DNA of 64,000 bases from Chlorokybus atmophyticus (lineage: Eukaryota; Plantae; Mesostigma and Chlorokybus algae), in the NCBI GenBank assembly GCA_009103225.1, contig RHPI01002910.1, forward strand, positions 480,103 through 544,102, in the 5' to 3' direction. This document shows positions 36,774 to 53,647 of this stretch, piece after piece. The translations under genes and the position numbers were made by a program. The stretch's first letter is position 1. The number at the start of each line of letters is the position of its first letter. Below the pieces are notes generated by a model. It saw only the letters and a list, made by a program, of their open reading frames with translations. It was not told the DNA's origin and made no database searches.

Positions 36774-39728
36774 CTATGTTGTGGACTTCCACTTGGCCAA
36801 TGTGCGATGCAGGATGGTAGGAGCGTCCGTAAACAACATGTCCACACCACACAATAGTGCCTCCACCTGTGCACTCCACTAGTTTAGCACTAAGCATGTA
36901 AAGTCGGCAGTGCACTTGGCACCACAATACACCCGACTGATCTTTGCGTATGGAACACGGTTACACAAAGGGATGCTGATCAATTGAAATGGCTGATATA
37001 TGAGGGTGAGCGTGTGCGTGCGTGCACACATACACCCGAACCCATCATCCGGTTGCAGTGCTACTAGTTGGAAAAAGGTACCCTACCTGATTTTCCTCAT
37101 GCGAAAGCCACGGACCAAATGTCGCCACAAGTCTCTGCAAGAAGGGTAAACTCAGTATAGTGCAATGGCCACAAAGTGCAGTCACACTGGCTTAAGACAC
37201 ACTGCAGTTAAAATGTGAGGTCAGTGTACACATACTGTGCTCACACGCACCTGCCGTTCTTTGAAAGCTTGAACCAGCTGCTTGGACAGCACCTTCTGTC
37301 CCCATGGGGCCACCGCGGTCAGGCCAAGGATCTCATGACGCAGACGGTACGCCCAGAACAGACCCAACCGCCACATCGTATAGCTGGGGACAAGGAAAAT
37401 AAGTGCTATCAGTCACCAGTCCTTCTCTGATGGCACTCAGATCTCGAGTGTGGGAGTGCATGCAGCATATCCAACGACATCATACGTGTCGTTGGATGTA
37501 TGCACGCACGCATGCTTCTCTGCATGCTTGCTTGGATGCAGATGTGTGAATGGGCAATGCATGCGTGATGCATGCATGCATATGTGTTAAATGCATGCTG
37601 CACACATGCATGTATGCTTACCTGCATGCAAGTAGGCATACATGCATTGGAGTCTGTGCCTGTACTTGTACATTTGTATGTGTGTTTATTAATGTATGCA
37701 GTGTTGGACCCCACCACCATCCCGCACATGTGAATCATAGTCCGGAAGTCGGGCGTGCAAGGGATTTCCGCAGGCTTGAGTTTCAACATCTGCACAGTAT
37801 ACAATCACATGCATGCGGCATGCCACAGCAGCACAAGCCATGCACGCAAATGACAATAGGACAGAAACAACAATAATGCAATCACTCGTCTCCACTCACC
37901 AACTGGTTGATAGCGGGAGAGACGGCACCCACAATGCATCTGTAAGTTAGATTCCTTGCACGGATCTCCTGTTGACAATAGAAGTTAACCTTTTCGATCA
38001 CTTGAAAGGCATCCAAAGCAAGGGATACTTAGAAAAGCGTGGAGAGACCACACGTAGCAAAGGTGTTTTAAGCTGACCTGGAAAATCAGCGGGACTACGT
38101 TTATGGCTTTCAGGTCAAAGTACAGAACGAGGCCTTCTTTAGACGCGAATTCATCCAGAACCTGCGCATTTACATTGCGCAGGTCAGTAACTGAACACCA
38201 AGACGCGTTTGCGGGTGTCTGTGTGTGCGGGTGTCTGCGTGTGCGTGTGCGGGCGTGTGTCTGCATGCGCACACATGTATGGAGACCTGTGTGCATTGGT
38301 AAGAGAGTGCACACGGGCAGGTGTATGTGCGTACACGCGCGCCTGCCTGCCCATGCGCACGCATACGCATAGAAGTGCGTGCCTCACCTCGTTCAACAGA
38401 GGGACCTTCAGGCCTTTGCCTCTGTACGGGAACGTCTTGCCGCCATCTGGACTGAAGTGGTAACCCGCATCAAGCGCTCTGCACGCAAGTGGAGTGCTTC
38501 AGTAACAAACACTTCACTGGATCACTCCAACAACAATCCCTTTTGGACCACACTCTTCACTGGACTCGCACGCATCTCAAGTGTCACTCACTCACTCGCT
38601 AGCGTACAAGTGCAGTAACACACAACAACATGCATGATCGACATGTTGGGAATGACAGACTTGTGCATTGTGTGTTGACAAGTCACACGTGTTGTGCCAT
38701 ACCTGATCTCTTGAAGGCTCAGTGTTGCAACGGGTCCGCTCCCGTCAGTAGTGGAGTCCACCACCGCATCGTGCATGCACACCTGCATAATGACATTCTC
38801 AATGTATTGGACTCGAGTGAATCCAACTTACGCACAAACACTCCATCCATCATCATTGTTGCCTACGATGTGGCCGTCTTTGGTGAGTTGCACGTCGAAC
38901 TCCAGCACGTTCGTGCGTCTGCCGCTCCCGCCTTCGCCGTTCACGGCGTGGCGGTATGCCACCATCGTGTTCTGCGGACGCTCCAGCAACCCACCTCTGC
39001 ACGTGTGTATGTAAATATGTGCATGTGCGTATGCGTGTGCACGTGCAGGCGCATGTGTGTGTGGCCATGTGAACGATTACATACACAACGAACACACGCA
39101 CGCGCACCATGACAATCACACACTGTTGGTGTGCAGTACAGCATGTGAGTGAACACTACACGTACTGCATTACATCTACAACAACAGCTTTGAAGAACGT
39201 GCTTGCCCTTTGTGTAGAGGGTGAGTCTCACCCTTACCGAGTCATAGAGAACACGCACTACAAGAGCTAAAGATAGTCACTAAGTGTACGGCATTCACCC
39301 ACCACAGAAGCCAGCAGCAGCGCACACGTTGACAAAGAGTGAATGAGAGGGTGAAGATTTGAAGCAAGGAATGGATAGATAGAAGTGCAGAGTGAGTGAG
39401 TGCAGATACCAATGCATGTTTCAGTGTGTGAATGATTCTCAAAGACGAGTGAGTGAATAAGTCGGTGTGCAAGTCACTCAGTCAGAGACTGACTCGCACA
39501 TCATTGCATTCACTGGTGTGAATCAAACTGTTCTTACCTGTGGCTAGCATGTACGGGCATTGTGAGTAGGTTCACAACAGGGTGTGTTTCTGGGCGTGCG
39601 GGTGGCACATCCCTGCGGAGGTACTTCTCGTACGCCGCCTTCGCCCCCGCCGCCGCCGCCACCCCCGCCACCACCCTCACGCCCAACATCGCCAACCACC
39701 ACCACCACTGCCACTGCCACACCAGCAT
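36774..39728 (-). CDS. Glycerophosphodiester phosphodiesterase (GDPD family) with N-terminal hydrophobic segment; multi-exon
   Basis: SHR|GGLLERPQNTMVAY, VLEFDVQLTKDGHI|VCMHD, LDAGYHFSPDGGKTFPYRGKGLKVPLLNE, YFDLK, GVDMLFTDAP...STT*. The start could also be 39689. Confidence 0.92.
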
Positions 39729-39925
39729 GTCCCCTGTGTGTGTCTCTCCGCCTTCCCTTGCGCTTCTCCCCAACACTCTCCCCACCAACGACGACGACAA
39801 GGAGGGTGACTACCTTCCACCCCGTGCAAGCAAACAACAACGCCGCCTCCACCGCCGCCGCCCCCGCCGACAACAACAACCACAGCAACTACAGCGACAA
39901 CAGCATCAACAAGCATCAAACAAAG

Positions 39926-39970
39926 CAGCTTAGCTCAGCTTAGCTTAGCTGAACTCAGCTTAACTCAGCT
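39926..39970. repeat. Pentamer array (NARCT)9 in the GDPD/UFC1 divergent promoter
   Basis: cagct tagct cagct tagct tagct gaact cagct taact cagct. Confidence 0.8.
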
Positions 39971-40090
39971 CAGAGCAGTGGTGTCGTCGTTGTTGTCGGC
40001 GGCGGCGGCGGCGGCGCAGTTGTCACCCCTCTCATCCTGCTCGTCCTCTTCCTTGTCCTCGTCCTCGTCATTGTCCTTGTCGTTGTCCAC

Positions 40091-41634
40091 ATGGACGGTT
40101 GGGACGCCTCGACTCGGTCGGCTGTGCAGCGGATACCGCTGCTCAGGACCAGGGCTGGTCCCAGGGACGGCGAGGAGTGGGTGAAGAGGCTCAAGGAGGA
40201 GTACCAGGCGCTGATCGGATATGTCAAAATGAATAAGGAGAATGACTCGGACTGGTTCACCATAGCGTCTAACCCACAAGTGAGGACGTGGGATGGAGAG
40301 TGTTTGCTGTGGGTGTGGATGTGGGTGTGGGTGTGGTTGATGTTGTTGCTGCTGTTATCTATACTGGTGTTGTGCTGTTTTTCTCAGTAGTAGTGGTAGC
40401 AGTAGTTGTAGTAATTGCTGTTGCTGTGCATGTACGATACTACACCAGCAATGGCATGCCATGCAATGCATGCAAAGCTGCTGACGCCGACGCTTGCGCT
40501 GCTTATAACTTGTTTTATTACTCGGCAATGCAATGCTGTGTTACACGACACAGTACACAATACATTGCACCGCACGCAGGACTGCTGTTGTTTCTGCCTG
40601 TGTTCCGTCAAGCCTGTTTGGAATGTTAAGCACACAAGCTGTGACTCCCTAAGCTCAAGGGCTGGTAAATGATAGAGAACACAAGCTTAGAGACTTACTT
40701 GTTGTGTGTTCAAGTTACTGCCGAGAGTTGTCAGCTTAGTTCATGCACAAAGTCATCATTACCGCCACATCGGTAACTGTGTGGCATTCCTACTGCAACA
40801 CCCTCTTGCCTGCTATTCATACACGCCAACATCAACATCAAACCATCACCACATCAACAGCCACAACAACAACCACAATGTCAACACCAGGGCACGCACT
40901 GGAGCGGCAAGTGTTGGTACGTCCACAACCTCCTTCGCTACGAGTTCGACCTGCAGTTTGACATCCCCGTCACGTATCCCGCCACCGCGCCCGAGATCGA
41001 GCTGCCCGAACTCGACGGCAAGACCGCTAAGGTGTGCATTGCATGGAGTGGGGTTGTGCTCTGTTGTTGTGTCCGTGTGCTGGTGTTGATAGCTGTAAGA
41101 AGCTCATCCTCCGCGTTCCTGTGTGTACTTGAAACGTGTGCGTGCACGTGTGCAGATGTATCGCGGCGGGAAGATCTGCTTGACCATTCATTTCAAGCCC
41201 TTGTGGTCAAAAAACAGGTGCATTAGCGTGTATGCGTGAGCGTGTTTCCGTTCCCGTGAACGTCAGCGCGCGTGTGGGCTCGCGCAGGCGTGTGCGTGAG
41301 AGCGCACACGTGTGTGCATGTGTGCATGCGAACGTGTACAAGTGGGGTATGCTGCTGTGCCGGCATGCATGGTGTGTGTGTGTCTGTGTGTGTACACACG
41401 CGCACACCGCCGCGTGCGGGACTTCAGCAGATTACATTACACGCACTTGTTGACTGGACACACACACACACACATCTATTGCTCTGTTGTTAATTTTGCA
41501 GCCCGCACTTTGGAGTAGCGCACGCTTTGTGTTTAGGGCTCGCGCCCTGGATGGCAGCTGAAATCCCTCATCTCGTCGAGACTGGCGTTATTCAACACAA
41601 AGACGCATCATCTGCGTCTTCTTCCAAGTCATGA
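40091..41634 (+). CDS. UFC1: Ubiquitin-fold modifier-conjugating enzyme 1 (UFM1 E2); 4 exons
   Basis: [114 protein letters not shown]. Confidence 0.97.
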
Positions 41635-42782
41635 TGTTTGCCGAAAGGAGACCGATGTTGCATTTTTACCGTAAGCCGGTAGATGTATAGAAGACGACTA
41701 TTGTTTGCTCCTAGATTGGGAACTGAGTCAGCGCAGAGTCGCCTGCAGGAGGCTCATATCAGATGTATGTGGTTGACAACATTCCTGCAAGCCAGATAGG
41801 ATGACTTGGATCAACAGGTGAGTCATCGTACTAGTGTTTTTGCAGACGCGATGGTGCAATAGCATGCACCTTTTGCTGCTGCCTGCTATACAGGTGGCTT
41901 GGCCTATCTACTGTTCTTTTCCATATCACGCCCACCACCACTGCTTGCAATCGCATCTGATGGGCTGTGGTTGTGTGGTTGGCCTTGAACCTCTAGTCTT
42001 ACCCCCAAGCTGGTCCGTGCTTGCCTGCTGTGCTTGATGCTATCTGCATGCGTGTGTGCTACTGCGGGTGCCACAGGGCGATTAAGCTCTATGTGTTCCA
42101 GGTGAGTGAGGTGCTAAATGTGCAATAGCGTGTAGCTGATGAATAGCGGCCATACATGCCAAATTCTCAACACAAAGGGTACATGGGCATGGTCACAGCG
42201 CATGCCGAGTTCGTAAGCACCTATGGCCACGCCACAGTATCCCATAACCAGTTGAATTGGGCTACAGTCAGTGGGTAAAAAGTGTCGATGCTGCATTACC
42301 TAGCCCGGTGGTGGTATGATGAATAGAATGCAGGATTGTGGTGTGGTGTGATGGCATAATGACAATAAATTGCTTGCTTAGACTCACGAGCCCTCTCATG
42401 CACATGCAGAACAGCACCTCACATATTGTAACCCCACAGGCCAAAGCATGGGCTAACTGTTGCACTATCATGTGCAAGTACAGTGGCACGACCAGCAGAG
42501 AAACTAGCATCTACAACAACAACAACCAATGCAAGCTATTACGTACAGCAAGGGCAACTGTGCAGTGGTAGGCACCAAGCAGTGTTAGTGTTAGACACAA
42601 CGGCAAGCAAGCAAGTAGCAAGCAGGACCACAAGTATCATGTGGTGGAGAGCATGCATGTGCACCTTTATGTGTGAAAGTGTGGGCATTTGCATACATGT
42701 GTGTTGGTGAGAAAAATCTTGAGCAACAATTCATGCAGCTCTACACGTTCAAACATGCCCAGATTCTACCTACAACCCGAGC

Positions 42783-45276
<2,494 letters not shown>

Positions 45277-45705
45277 TGCAGTGTACAGCAGACCTAAGCC
45301 TGGCCCAGCGCCGACGACGGCGTCGCGCACATCCCCGACGCCGCTCACAAGCTTCAGTCTGCATGCATATACCAGTGGTACACTTTTGTAACCGAGAAAT
45401 CGTAAGCACACATTCAAACCATTCGATTGTTGCTTTGGGTTGATCAGACGGCAGGTGACTCCGTAAGTTGTCTGCAGTGCGGTTCTCGGTTTGTGAGGTA
45501 AGTGTGAACTCTACACTTAACCGAGCGGACGTGGCGGAGGCGGCGGCGGCGTGTGTGGCGGCGAGGTGGGCGGCGACGTGGTTAGGGCTGTGGCTGGGGA
45601 GCACCTGGGTTGCTGCGTGGTCAAGAGGCTTTTGAAAGCAGGCACGCACCCAAGCAAGTGCAGGGTTTCTCCGTTTCTCCAGCAGCACAGGAGCTGTGGT
45701 GAGGC

Positions 45706-47114
45706 ATGGCGTCGGCGGTGACGCACTGCCAGCTGGCGTTGCCGCGGCGGTCGGCATCGCCGAGGGTCTCATCGTCGTCGCCGGTGTGCGCTGCTCTGCG
45801 AGCTGGAACACGTGGCGAGCTCGCCGGGCAGCAGCTCCGGCTGCGGGCCAGGGTTGGGCAGCTGGCCGGCTTGCGCTCACGACAGCTGCCAGGTTAGCTG
45901 CAGTACATTTATTTTGCAAGGCAGCACACGCACGAGTTGTTTTCCAACATGCTGCCATGAACACTTTACAGCACATGTCGACAATACTCCTGCATGACAT
46001 GTCCCCTGCTTCCCAAGTGCCGGGATCAGATCCTCTCTTATGGTTACAGCACGCTAGCATGCCAGTGTTGGTGTGTGCTAAGTCAGTATTCCTTACACCA
46101 AGCACAAATAATACCACAACAGCACTTGCTTTTGGTTTTCCATGCTTGCTTGTGTTGCTGCTTTTCGTGCTTCGTGTCTGCTTTTCTTGCTTCAATCATT
46201 ACGTCTAACGCAGGTGCATCGCGGCATCTTGTTGTGCGCATGTCATTTTTTGGTGTTGGGGCGCCGGAAGCTTTGGTGATTGGAGTGGTGGCTCTCCTCG
46301 TTTTTGGACCTAAGGGCCTGGCTGAGGCCGCGCGGTCTCTCGGCAAGACGCTCAGGGCCTTCCAGCCCGCTATTCGCGAGTTGCAGGTCAGTGCCAGCAG
46401 CCAACATGCTTGCTGTAAGCACGATCAAAAACCATGCTGACGTGCACGCACGCGCATGCGCACATGCACATGCACATGCGCGTGCATGTTATCCAGGTGC
46501 ATGTGTTTTCCCTGTAACAGTGAGGATGCATATTTTTAGCCATGCATAACTGTCGCCAAGCGTATTATATTGTACTAGAGTTACAGTGCGGTAGATGTCC
46601 AGTCAATAAGCCTATGGTTGACAGCCTATTGAGTTACTGACACTACTGCAACCACCAACACTACCTTAGACTTGCGAGTGACACCCCTGTCGGATATTGA
46701 TTTATGCTGCTACGTCTGCAGGAAGTGTCAAGGGACTTCCGAGGCACGATTGAGCGCGAGATCGGTATGGACGAGTACCGACAACCTCCCACCTACTCGA
46801 CACCGCCACGACCGCGCGAAGACTGGGAAGCCAATGTTGCAGATGAGGCGCGGGCAGCATCAGAGCGAGCCGCGTGGGGCGGGAACCCGCCTCCAAAGAA
46901 CACAACAACATCATCAACTGTTGCCAGCGAGTTGACTCAGCCTTCTTCGGAACACAAGTCTGCTGCTGCAGAGAGGCCAACAACACAATCAGAGCAGCAG
47001 GGAAGCAGCAGTGCAGCACAGCCAAAGGCGGAGAAGAGTAAAGCGGATGGTGTGGCGGAGGCGCCAAGCAAGCCGCAGGCGCAACAGGCACCGTTGTCAG
47101 ACCGCAGTGCGTAG
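45706..47114 (+). CDS. HCF106: Thylakoid Tat translocase subunit TatB (HCF106) with transit peptide; 3 exons
   Basis: Transit peptide MASAVTHCQLALPRRSASPR...; SFFGVGAPEALVIGVVALLVFGPKGLAEAARSLGKTLRAFQPAIRELQ|EVSRDFRGTIEREIG. Confidence 0.95.
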
Positions 47115-48143
47115 ATTTGAGGATTACAATTTTGCATCATCTGTAAGTTTATGCTGTATCTTACTATGTGTTGTCTATCACCATGGTCAAGTTGTGCCAT
47201 GTTGACACATGCATGTTGGTGTGTGGCACTGGTTGGTGGCACGCAGCTGCTGGCGGTGCTGTGTTGTATGCATGTGTGTGTTGGCATGCGTTGCACGCAG
47301 TCAATCCCCTCCCGGTTCTTTTGTATACATGTGCGTGTAGTAGATGCATGTGTGCAGGTGTTGTTCTTGAGCTCATAAGATTGGAACCATGTTGCACTGT
47401 TGCATCCACCCCTCCATGTGAGCTGTCAGTGCACATTGCTAGTTGCGTTCTTCTCAGCTGCAGTTGCTCTCTGTTTGTTGACTAGTATGATAACATGTAG
47501 ATATGAGCCTTTAAGCCACCCAGCAGAAGAGTTTGCCGACCAGCCCCACCTTCATGTCAATGTGTGAGGTTGAGCGTGCTTTAGCCCGTTGTTGAATGCA
47601 CCATGCACCATACTATTGATAAAATTAAACAGTATTGCAATGCTGATGGGTGTAGAGCTGCGTTTTCAGCAAGCTCAAGAGTTCCCCAGGGGCCACATTG
47701 CGCAAGCAAGTAGTATAATATAGTATGCAAGGATTGTAGTATAATATAGTGTGCAAACGTCAACCAACAGCAGAGCACTCACTTTACATACACATACATG
47801 TACACGTCTACATGCTTGATGACGGTTTCCGTTGTTGCTGTTGTATCACGTCACTAACACTATGAATGTTATGGCGTAATGGATATTACTGCCCTGCGGC
47901 AAGCTTGTAGGTCGTGTGCATTCAACACCAGAGGTTTGCCAGGTAAGATCAAACGAGTCCAAATGCAACGTCAACCTGAACAAGCACATAAGCTGGCGCT
48001 ATATACCCATCTGTGCAATGGCACAGCTTACCCAGCAACATAACATCTCACCTGTGCAATCTAGCAGCGATATAAACACGTACGCCAATGCGACGCACAC
48101 TCGACAAGGCTCAACCTAATCATCACACAACCTGTTACACACT

Positions 48144-50399
48144 CTATTCCCCATAGACACACAGCTGTCCCCTTGCCATAAGTCTCTGATACGCGTAGTG
48201 CTCCATGACCATGTGGTGCTTGCCGCTCACGCTCTTCTCGTCGGAGAAGTACTTCTTACCCCCCAGCCCAGAAAAGCCGTAAAGGTCCACGTGCGTGCAC
48301 AACCCCGACGCCACCACCTGAACATCAATATCAACTTCATGTGTGCACATGCATGGGAGCGCACCTGCATGTGTGTGCGCGCGTGTGCAAGATCGGGTGC
48401 ATGCGTGCGTGATGTGTGTTTGTGTGGGAGTGTGTGCGCATGCGCACACATGCGCGTGCACACATTCGTGCGGCTGCGTGCATGCACGCATGCGTGTCTG
48501 TATGTATTTGTTTAATTATTACTTTTTTGTTTCTTTGTTTGTATTTGGGTTCATGCTGGTGCTTGAACCTTTGTAATCTTGGTTGCGGCGCTCACAGCAC
48601 AACACTCAACAAGTCATGCATACCTGCATAGCAGTCTCCCATCCCCACGACGGCTTGCGCGTGATGAGCTCGGCGTGCTTGTCCTTCTTCTTTTTTGGAT
48701 TTCTTATCCTATACATGGCTCCATACACAGCCTGCTGCGCGGCATACAACTCACTGCCTCCTGGCCCCTGTACACGCAACACATGTTGGTTTGTGTGTCA
48801 AGTTGTACTAGCATCAACACAACTTTTCACCATGGGGAGGAAGCGTGTGCCTTTCAAGGGTGGGTTCTCATCGTAGCGAGGGGGGTCCGCCACCACGTAG
48901 GCGAGGTCCGCGTGCATGTTGGCCTTGTCGCCGTACCGGAGGATGTAGTTGGGCTTGACGACCACCACGGAGGTCTTGCGCCCGATAAACTCCTCATACC
49001 TAATGCCGTGATGGATTTGTCACAGTCAAGTGTGTGTGGGCGCACGCGTGCGCGCGCGTGTGTACATATACGGGCATGTGCGGGTGCTTGTGTACAAGCG
49101 TGGGTGTGTGGGTGCACACGCACGCACGCACATGTATATGTGCGTGCGTGTGGTTGTGTGCCCTACCCTCTCATTGGGACGCTGTAGCGGAAGATGGTGT
49201 CATGATCGTCGATTTGCTCTCCCCGCGCAGGGCGCTGCTTCGTGAGGCTGTCTGCGTTGCCCACCACCGCGCACCTCCCAAACGAACCCGCACCTCCTGC
49301 TCGTAATAGCCAACAACTTTCACCAACCAGGACGCTAACAGTTGCAACCGGTTGTGGAGCGAGCGTAGGTGAGTGCAACATGTTTTTGGTCACCTGTAGC
49401 ATAACATGTGCTCATAGCAAGATGGGTGCGCATGTACGTATGTGCATGCGTGTGTGTGCGTGAGCGTGTATGAGTGTCTGCGCGTACCATTGGGGGTATG
49501 CGAGTTTGCGTGTGTACATGTGTGCCTGTGTGAGTTGCATGCGTGTGCGTGTGTGTGCGCGCGCATATGCATTGGGCGGGCTTATGTACCGCCATTGCAA
49601 ATGTGCACACGCGTGCGCGCGCGTACGAGTCTCTGCATGCATGCGCATTGCAACACTCTTCCTTTCCCTACCCACCTGGCAACAGTCGTGTCTCCGCCCA
49701 CTCCTTCACCCTCTCTTTCTCCCCCTCCATCCCCTTCACATTCCCCTCCACCCACTCCCTCCCCGCCGCCGTCTCCGCGCACGCCGCCGTCATGAACACG
49801 CACTCATCTCTCCTGAGCTTCCCCTCGATCAAGCTGTTCAATGCCTGCAACCCAGCCTCGACGCCGTCACGCTCCTCGACGCTGAGGTCGGAGAGGATGA
49901 CGGCCAGGTCGTCCACGACAGCCACGCTGGGACCGTCAGGACAGATGTGGGCGTGGGTGTCATCCGTGTACGTGTCCACCACCGCCTGGCTTGATGGCAA
50001 CAACATTGGAGGTGGAGAAGGAGGAGGAGAAGGAGAAGGAGGAGGAGGAGAAGAAGGAGGGGGAGGAGAAGCAGCAGGAGGAGGAGATGAGGGAGGAGGG
50101 AGAGTTGTTGTTATTGTTACCTCTCTCCTAGTTTGTTGGCCATCATTGTTGTCGTTGTTGTTATTGTCAAAGTTGTTGTTGTTGATTTTGTCTGGTGCGG
50201 TTGCTGCTGCTGCCGCAGACGCGAGTGTATGCGCCAGGTGTCTCAGCGCTCTCCTGGGCGGCTGTCTGAACGACTCCAGCGTGCCGTTCTCCCAACCCGC
50301 GGGCGGGGGGACCACCATCGCCGCCAGGACTAGCACCAGGGTCGTCGCGGCGACGAGTCCCACCGCCCGCCACGCTAACAAGGACGAGCTGCCCGTCAT
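48144..50399 (-). CDS. Glycosyltransferase family 29 (sialyltransferase-like), type II membrane, Ser-Pro/Asn-rich stem; multi-exon
   Basis: TM AVGLVAATTLVLVLAAMVV; sialylmotif L RCAVVGNADSL...GEQIDDHDTIFRY...YEEFIGRKT; motif S KPSWG...GLCTHVDLYGF; VS-like HHMVMEH. Confidence 0.88.
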
Positions 50400-51375
50400 G
50401 GCGCCAACGCCAACGACGATGGGCAGAACGATGAGGTCTCTCTCCTCTTCCTTAACCGCCGCCCCCCTACCTCCCGCCTCCCCCTCGCTCACCTCCTTTC
50501 CGTTTGCCTCCAACTACCACTCCGCGTCCTCCCCATCCTCCCCTTTCTTGTCCTTGTCCTTGTCCTCGTCCTCGCCCTCGTCCTCGCCCTCGTCCTCCTT
50601 CCCCTTCGCCTCCTGCTCCTTGCCTTCGTCCACCAACAAACTTCGGTACGGAGGAGGGTTTGCATGGAAACGTCCATGTATTTCATGATGGGATGCAGCT
50701 ACGCACGAAGTGCTATCACGTGCTGAGTGCATCGGTCGGTTATCGCCAAGCACTACCGGTAGGTGCCATCCAGTTGGTCCTGATCAAAGTAGTAAGGTGT
50801 AAAAGTGATAAAGTTATGAAGATGCGGTAGATGAATTGCCAATGCATTGGCAACGCAAACACATTCAGTACATGTGGAGTTGAACAATATGTTGATTTCA
50901 GTATTCAAGCATCGAGTATTCGTTTAAAAGTAGCAAGAGGTATATGTCAAAGCATGTTTAACAGATTGTTTAGCATAAACACTTACATACGGCAAAACGA
51001 ATGATAGCTCTTGAATTAATCTCTTTCATTGAAGGATGCATTGCGTAGAGCTCGATAGAGGTCACCTTTAAGTTTGCGGGGATACCATGGTGATAACAGG
51101 CCCGTTGATTGAGTATGTTTCATATATGTGTAAATAAAGTTTTATACTGTATATAATATATATATGTACGGTATATTACAATTCAACTATGCGTATATAA
51201 CAATGGAGTTTATATAAAAAGTCTTTTTAATCACATGAAGAGAGAGTTCCATATGCGTCACATATGGTTCCAGCTACGAAACTATACTATTTCGTGCAGT
51301 TCCGCAGCTGAAACCATATATAAATTTACGGTTTCATCAGGCTTGCATGCAATGATAAATATGAAGAAACGTTGG

Positions 51376-51766
51376 AGGCCATATACGTATTCATGTTGTT
51401 GGATTGGTTGCTGCAAAACGGTTTGCATCATATGGATGGAAATGATAACCACACACTTCAAACGGTAGGGACTTGGCGGAAAATGTTGCGTCGCAGATGC
51501 GCCATAGTTTGTCTGTATTTACCAAACCGGTATGTGGTAATTGAACACCACACTGCACATACAAGAAACAGTCAAGGCCATATATAACTCATCTTGTTGG
51601 ATTGATCGCTGCAAAACGGTTTGCGCAGCATACAGGTGGAAATGATACGTACACATTACAAACAGTAGGGAGTTTGCAAAAAATACTTGCGTTATAAATG
51701 TGCCATATTTAGGCTGTATATACCAAATCGATATGTGATTGTTGAACACTCTACTGCTGCACATAC
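51376..51766. repeat. Diverged tandem duplication, 199-bp period, AT-rich
   Basis: AGGCCATATA at 51376 and 51575; shared TTGTTGGATT..GCTGCAAAACGGTTTGC, GGAAATGATA, CAAAC.GTAGGGA and TTGAACAC..CTGCACATAC blocks. Confidence 0.8.
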
Positions 51767-52204
51767 ACACCACGTATGTCCGTACTTCAAACACCACATT
51801 TGTGCACATTCACACTATACATATTCGTAGTGTGAGGCTCCCGCAAAATACTCACGTGATGTGTATAGGTGCAGCTATAACAACTATGCAATCACATTCA
51901 CTCACACACGGTATACATGGCAATTTCGTGTGCCATGATCAAAATCAAGCACTATGCGGCAATGTGTAAATGTGGTTATGTACGTGTATAAAAACTGCTA
52001 CTAAAAACTGCCACTATGCATTATGTAATGATTGCTATAGGGCTGTGCGACAAAGGTTGCCGCCAACTAGTCTAAAGGTCTGCAACATATTTCAAAGTGG
52101 CAAGGAATGTCACATCACAGCATTCTACGGCTTGTGACATGCACACCGTATATAAATATGCCTTTCTGCATATATATTGAACAAGCATGAATATAGTGGA
52201 ATAC

Positions 52205-53519
52205 TGTCAGCTGCCGGCGACCAAGTGTAGTGACGGCGTAAGACCAGCATTGCACGATTATTTGCCAGATTATGGGATTGCCCAATTCATGGATGTATCT
52301 CCTCCGCTCCGGGTCTGCAGTGTCGGTCACCTCAAATCTCCGCCATGACTTGTCTGCGACAGTCATACCAACAAGGCATTAATCACGATATAGATAGTTC
52401 AAGTTGAGCCTGCACCAGGCTAGAATAGTGCCACTGACTTACTTTGGAGCGCGTTGCGCATCTAGGCTTTTTGGGTCTCGAGGTCCATTAGGGCGTCGAT
52501 GTGCCTGATTGAATCGGTTACAATAGGGGAGATGAGTACGTGTGTATGGAGGCTGAGTAAGAAGGCAGTGTTGCATAGCAAATATGGTGGTGAGGGACCC
52601 AACTCACTTGCGCTTGTTGCTGTTAAACAGTGTCCATTTGTACTCCTTCTCAAGGACATGCTTGATCTTGGTGACGTTCTCAAACCGTACCTGCGTGGCT
52701 TTCTTCAAGGCGACACTCCAGTGGAAGGGGCACTCCTTGGGAGTCCAGTACACCTTATACAACTTGGCCGCATCGGCCTCGTCGTCATGGTTGAAGCCAA
52801 CTACCTGTCATGGGCAGGTTGGTCAGTGTCACGGTGCAGTGCGGTCATGATCATTCACAGCACCTTACACATGACGTTACGAATAGTGTATTCGTAACGT
52901 CATGCGAGCTTTGTCCTCCTTGGGATAAATGTGGCTCTCTACCAGTGGCCGTTTATGATTTCAACGACGGCATCTCGCAAATGCTGTCCACAGAAGAACA
53001 ATCCGTTACACACATACACACAGTGTCACAGTGTCACATAATGCTTACCTCGTTGCAAATCTTTCACTTGCTTGGGGAAGGGGTGCTGACGGCCGTGGTT
53101 GCCACGTCACGGCTAAATGCGTTTGGGTTGGGGGTTCCAATCGACCCTCTGCAAGCACAACCACATGAGTCATGCTGTCAGCCATACAAGATGCAACCCT
53201 CACAGTTGTGCAAGAAGAACAACGTGCACAATGTATTCAGAACGCATGCAGTGAGTCACTGTGCTAGTCATGAAAGAAGCAAGCATCCAAGTTAGAAATT
53301 GAGCAAGAAGCAACGTGCACAGTGCATCAAGAACGCATGCAATCTAGCTTGCCCTTGCGACTGCGGTGTCAGGTGGAGTTGTTGTGATGTGCTGGGCGTT
53401 AGCGCGGGGTCTTTCTGCAATTGGTTGGCGACGGTTGCTTGGTTGAACACTGGGGGCAATGTGGTCAACTTGCGCCGACCTACACGACGAGGTGCACCTA
53501 CGGATGGACCACGAGGCAT
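52205..53519 (-). pseudogene. 5' part of the unknown multi-exon gene (copy B; paralog of 1-1300)
   Basis: Exon 52804-52608 VVGFNHDDEADAAKLYKVYWTPKECPFHWSVALKKATQVRFENVTKIKHVLEKEYKWTLFNSNKRK is open here, but neighbouring exons carry stops or frameshifts. Putative start MPRGPSVGAPRRVGRRK at 53519. Confidence 0.6.
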
Positions 53520-53647
53520 CTCTCCAACTGATAGTCGGGTGCCGCCTGTTCAGCTGATAGTGGCGCTGCCGCCTCCAACGCTGCCGTCGCCGGTTGGCCC
53601 GCCCAAATGTACGAGGCGCGAAAACGAAAATGAGGCGGTTTTAAACG

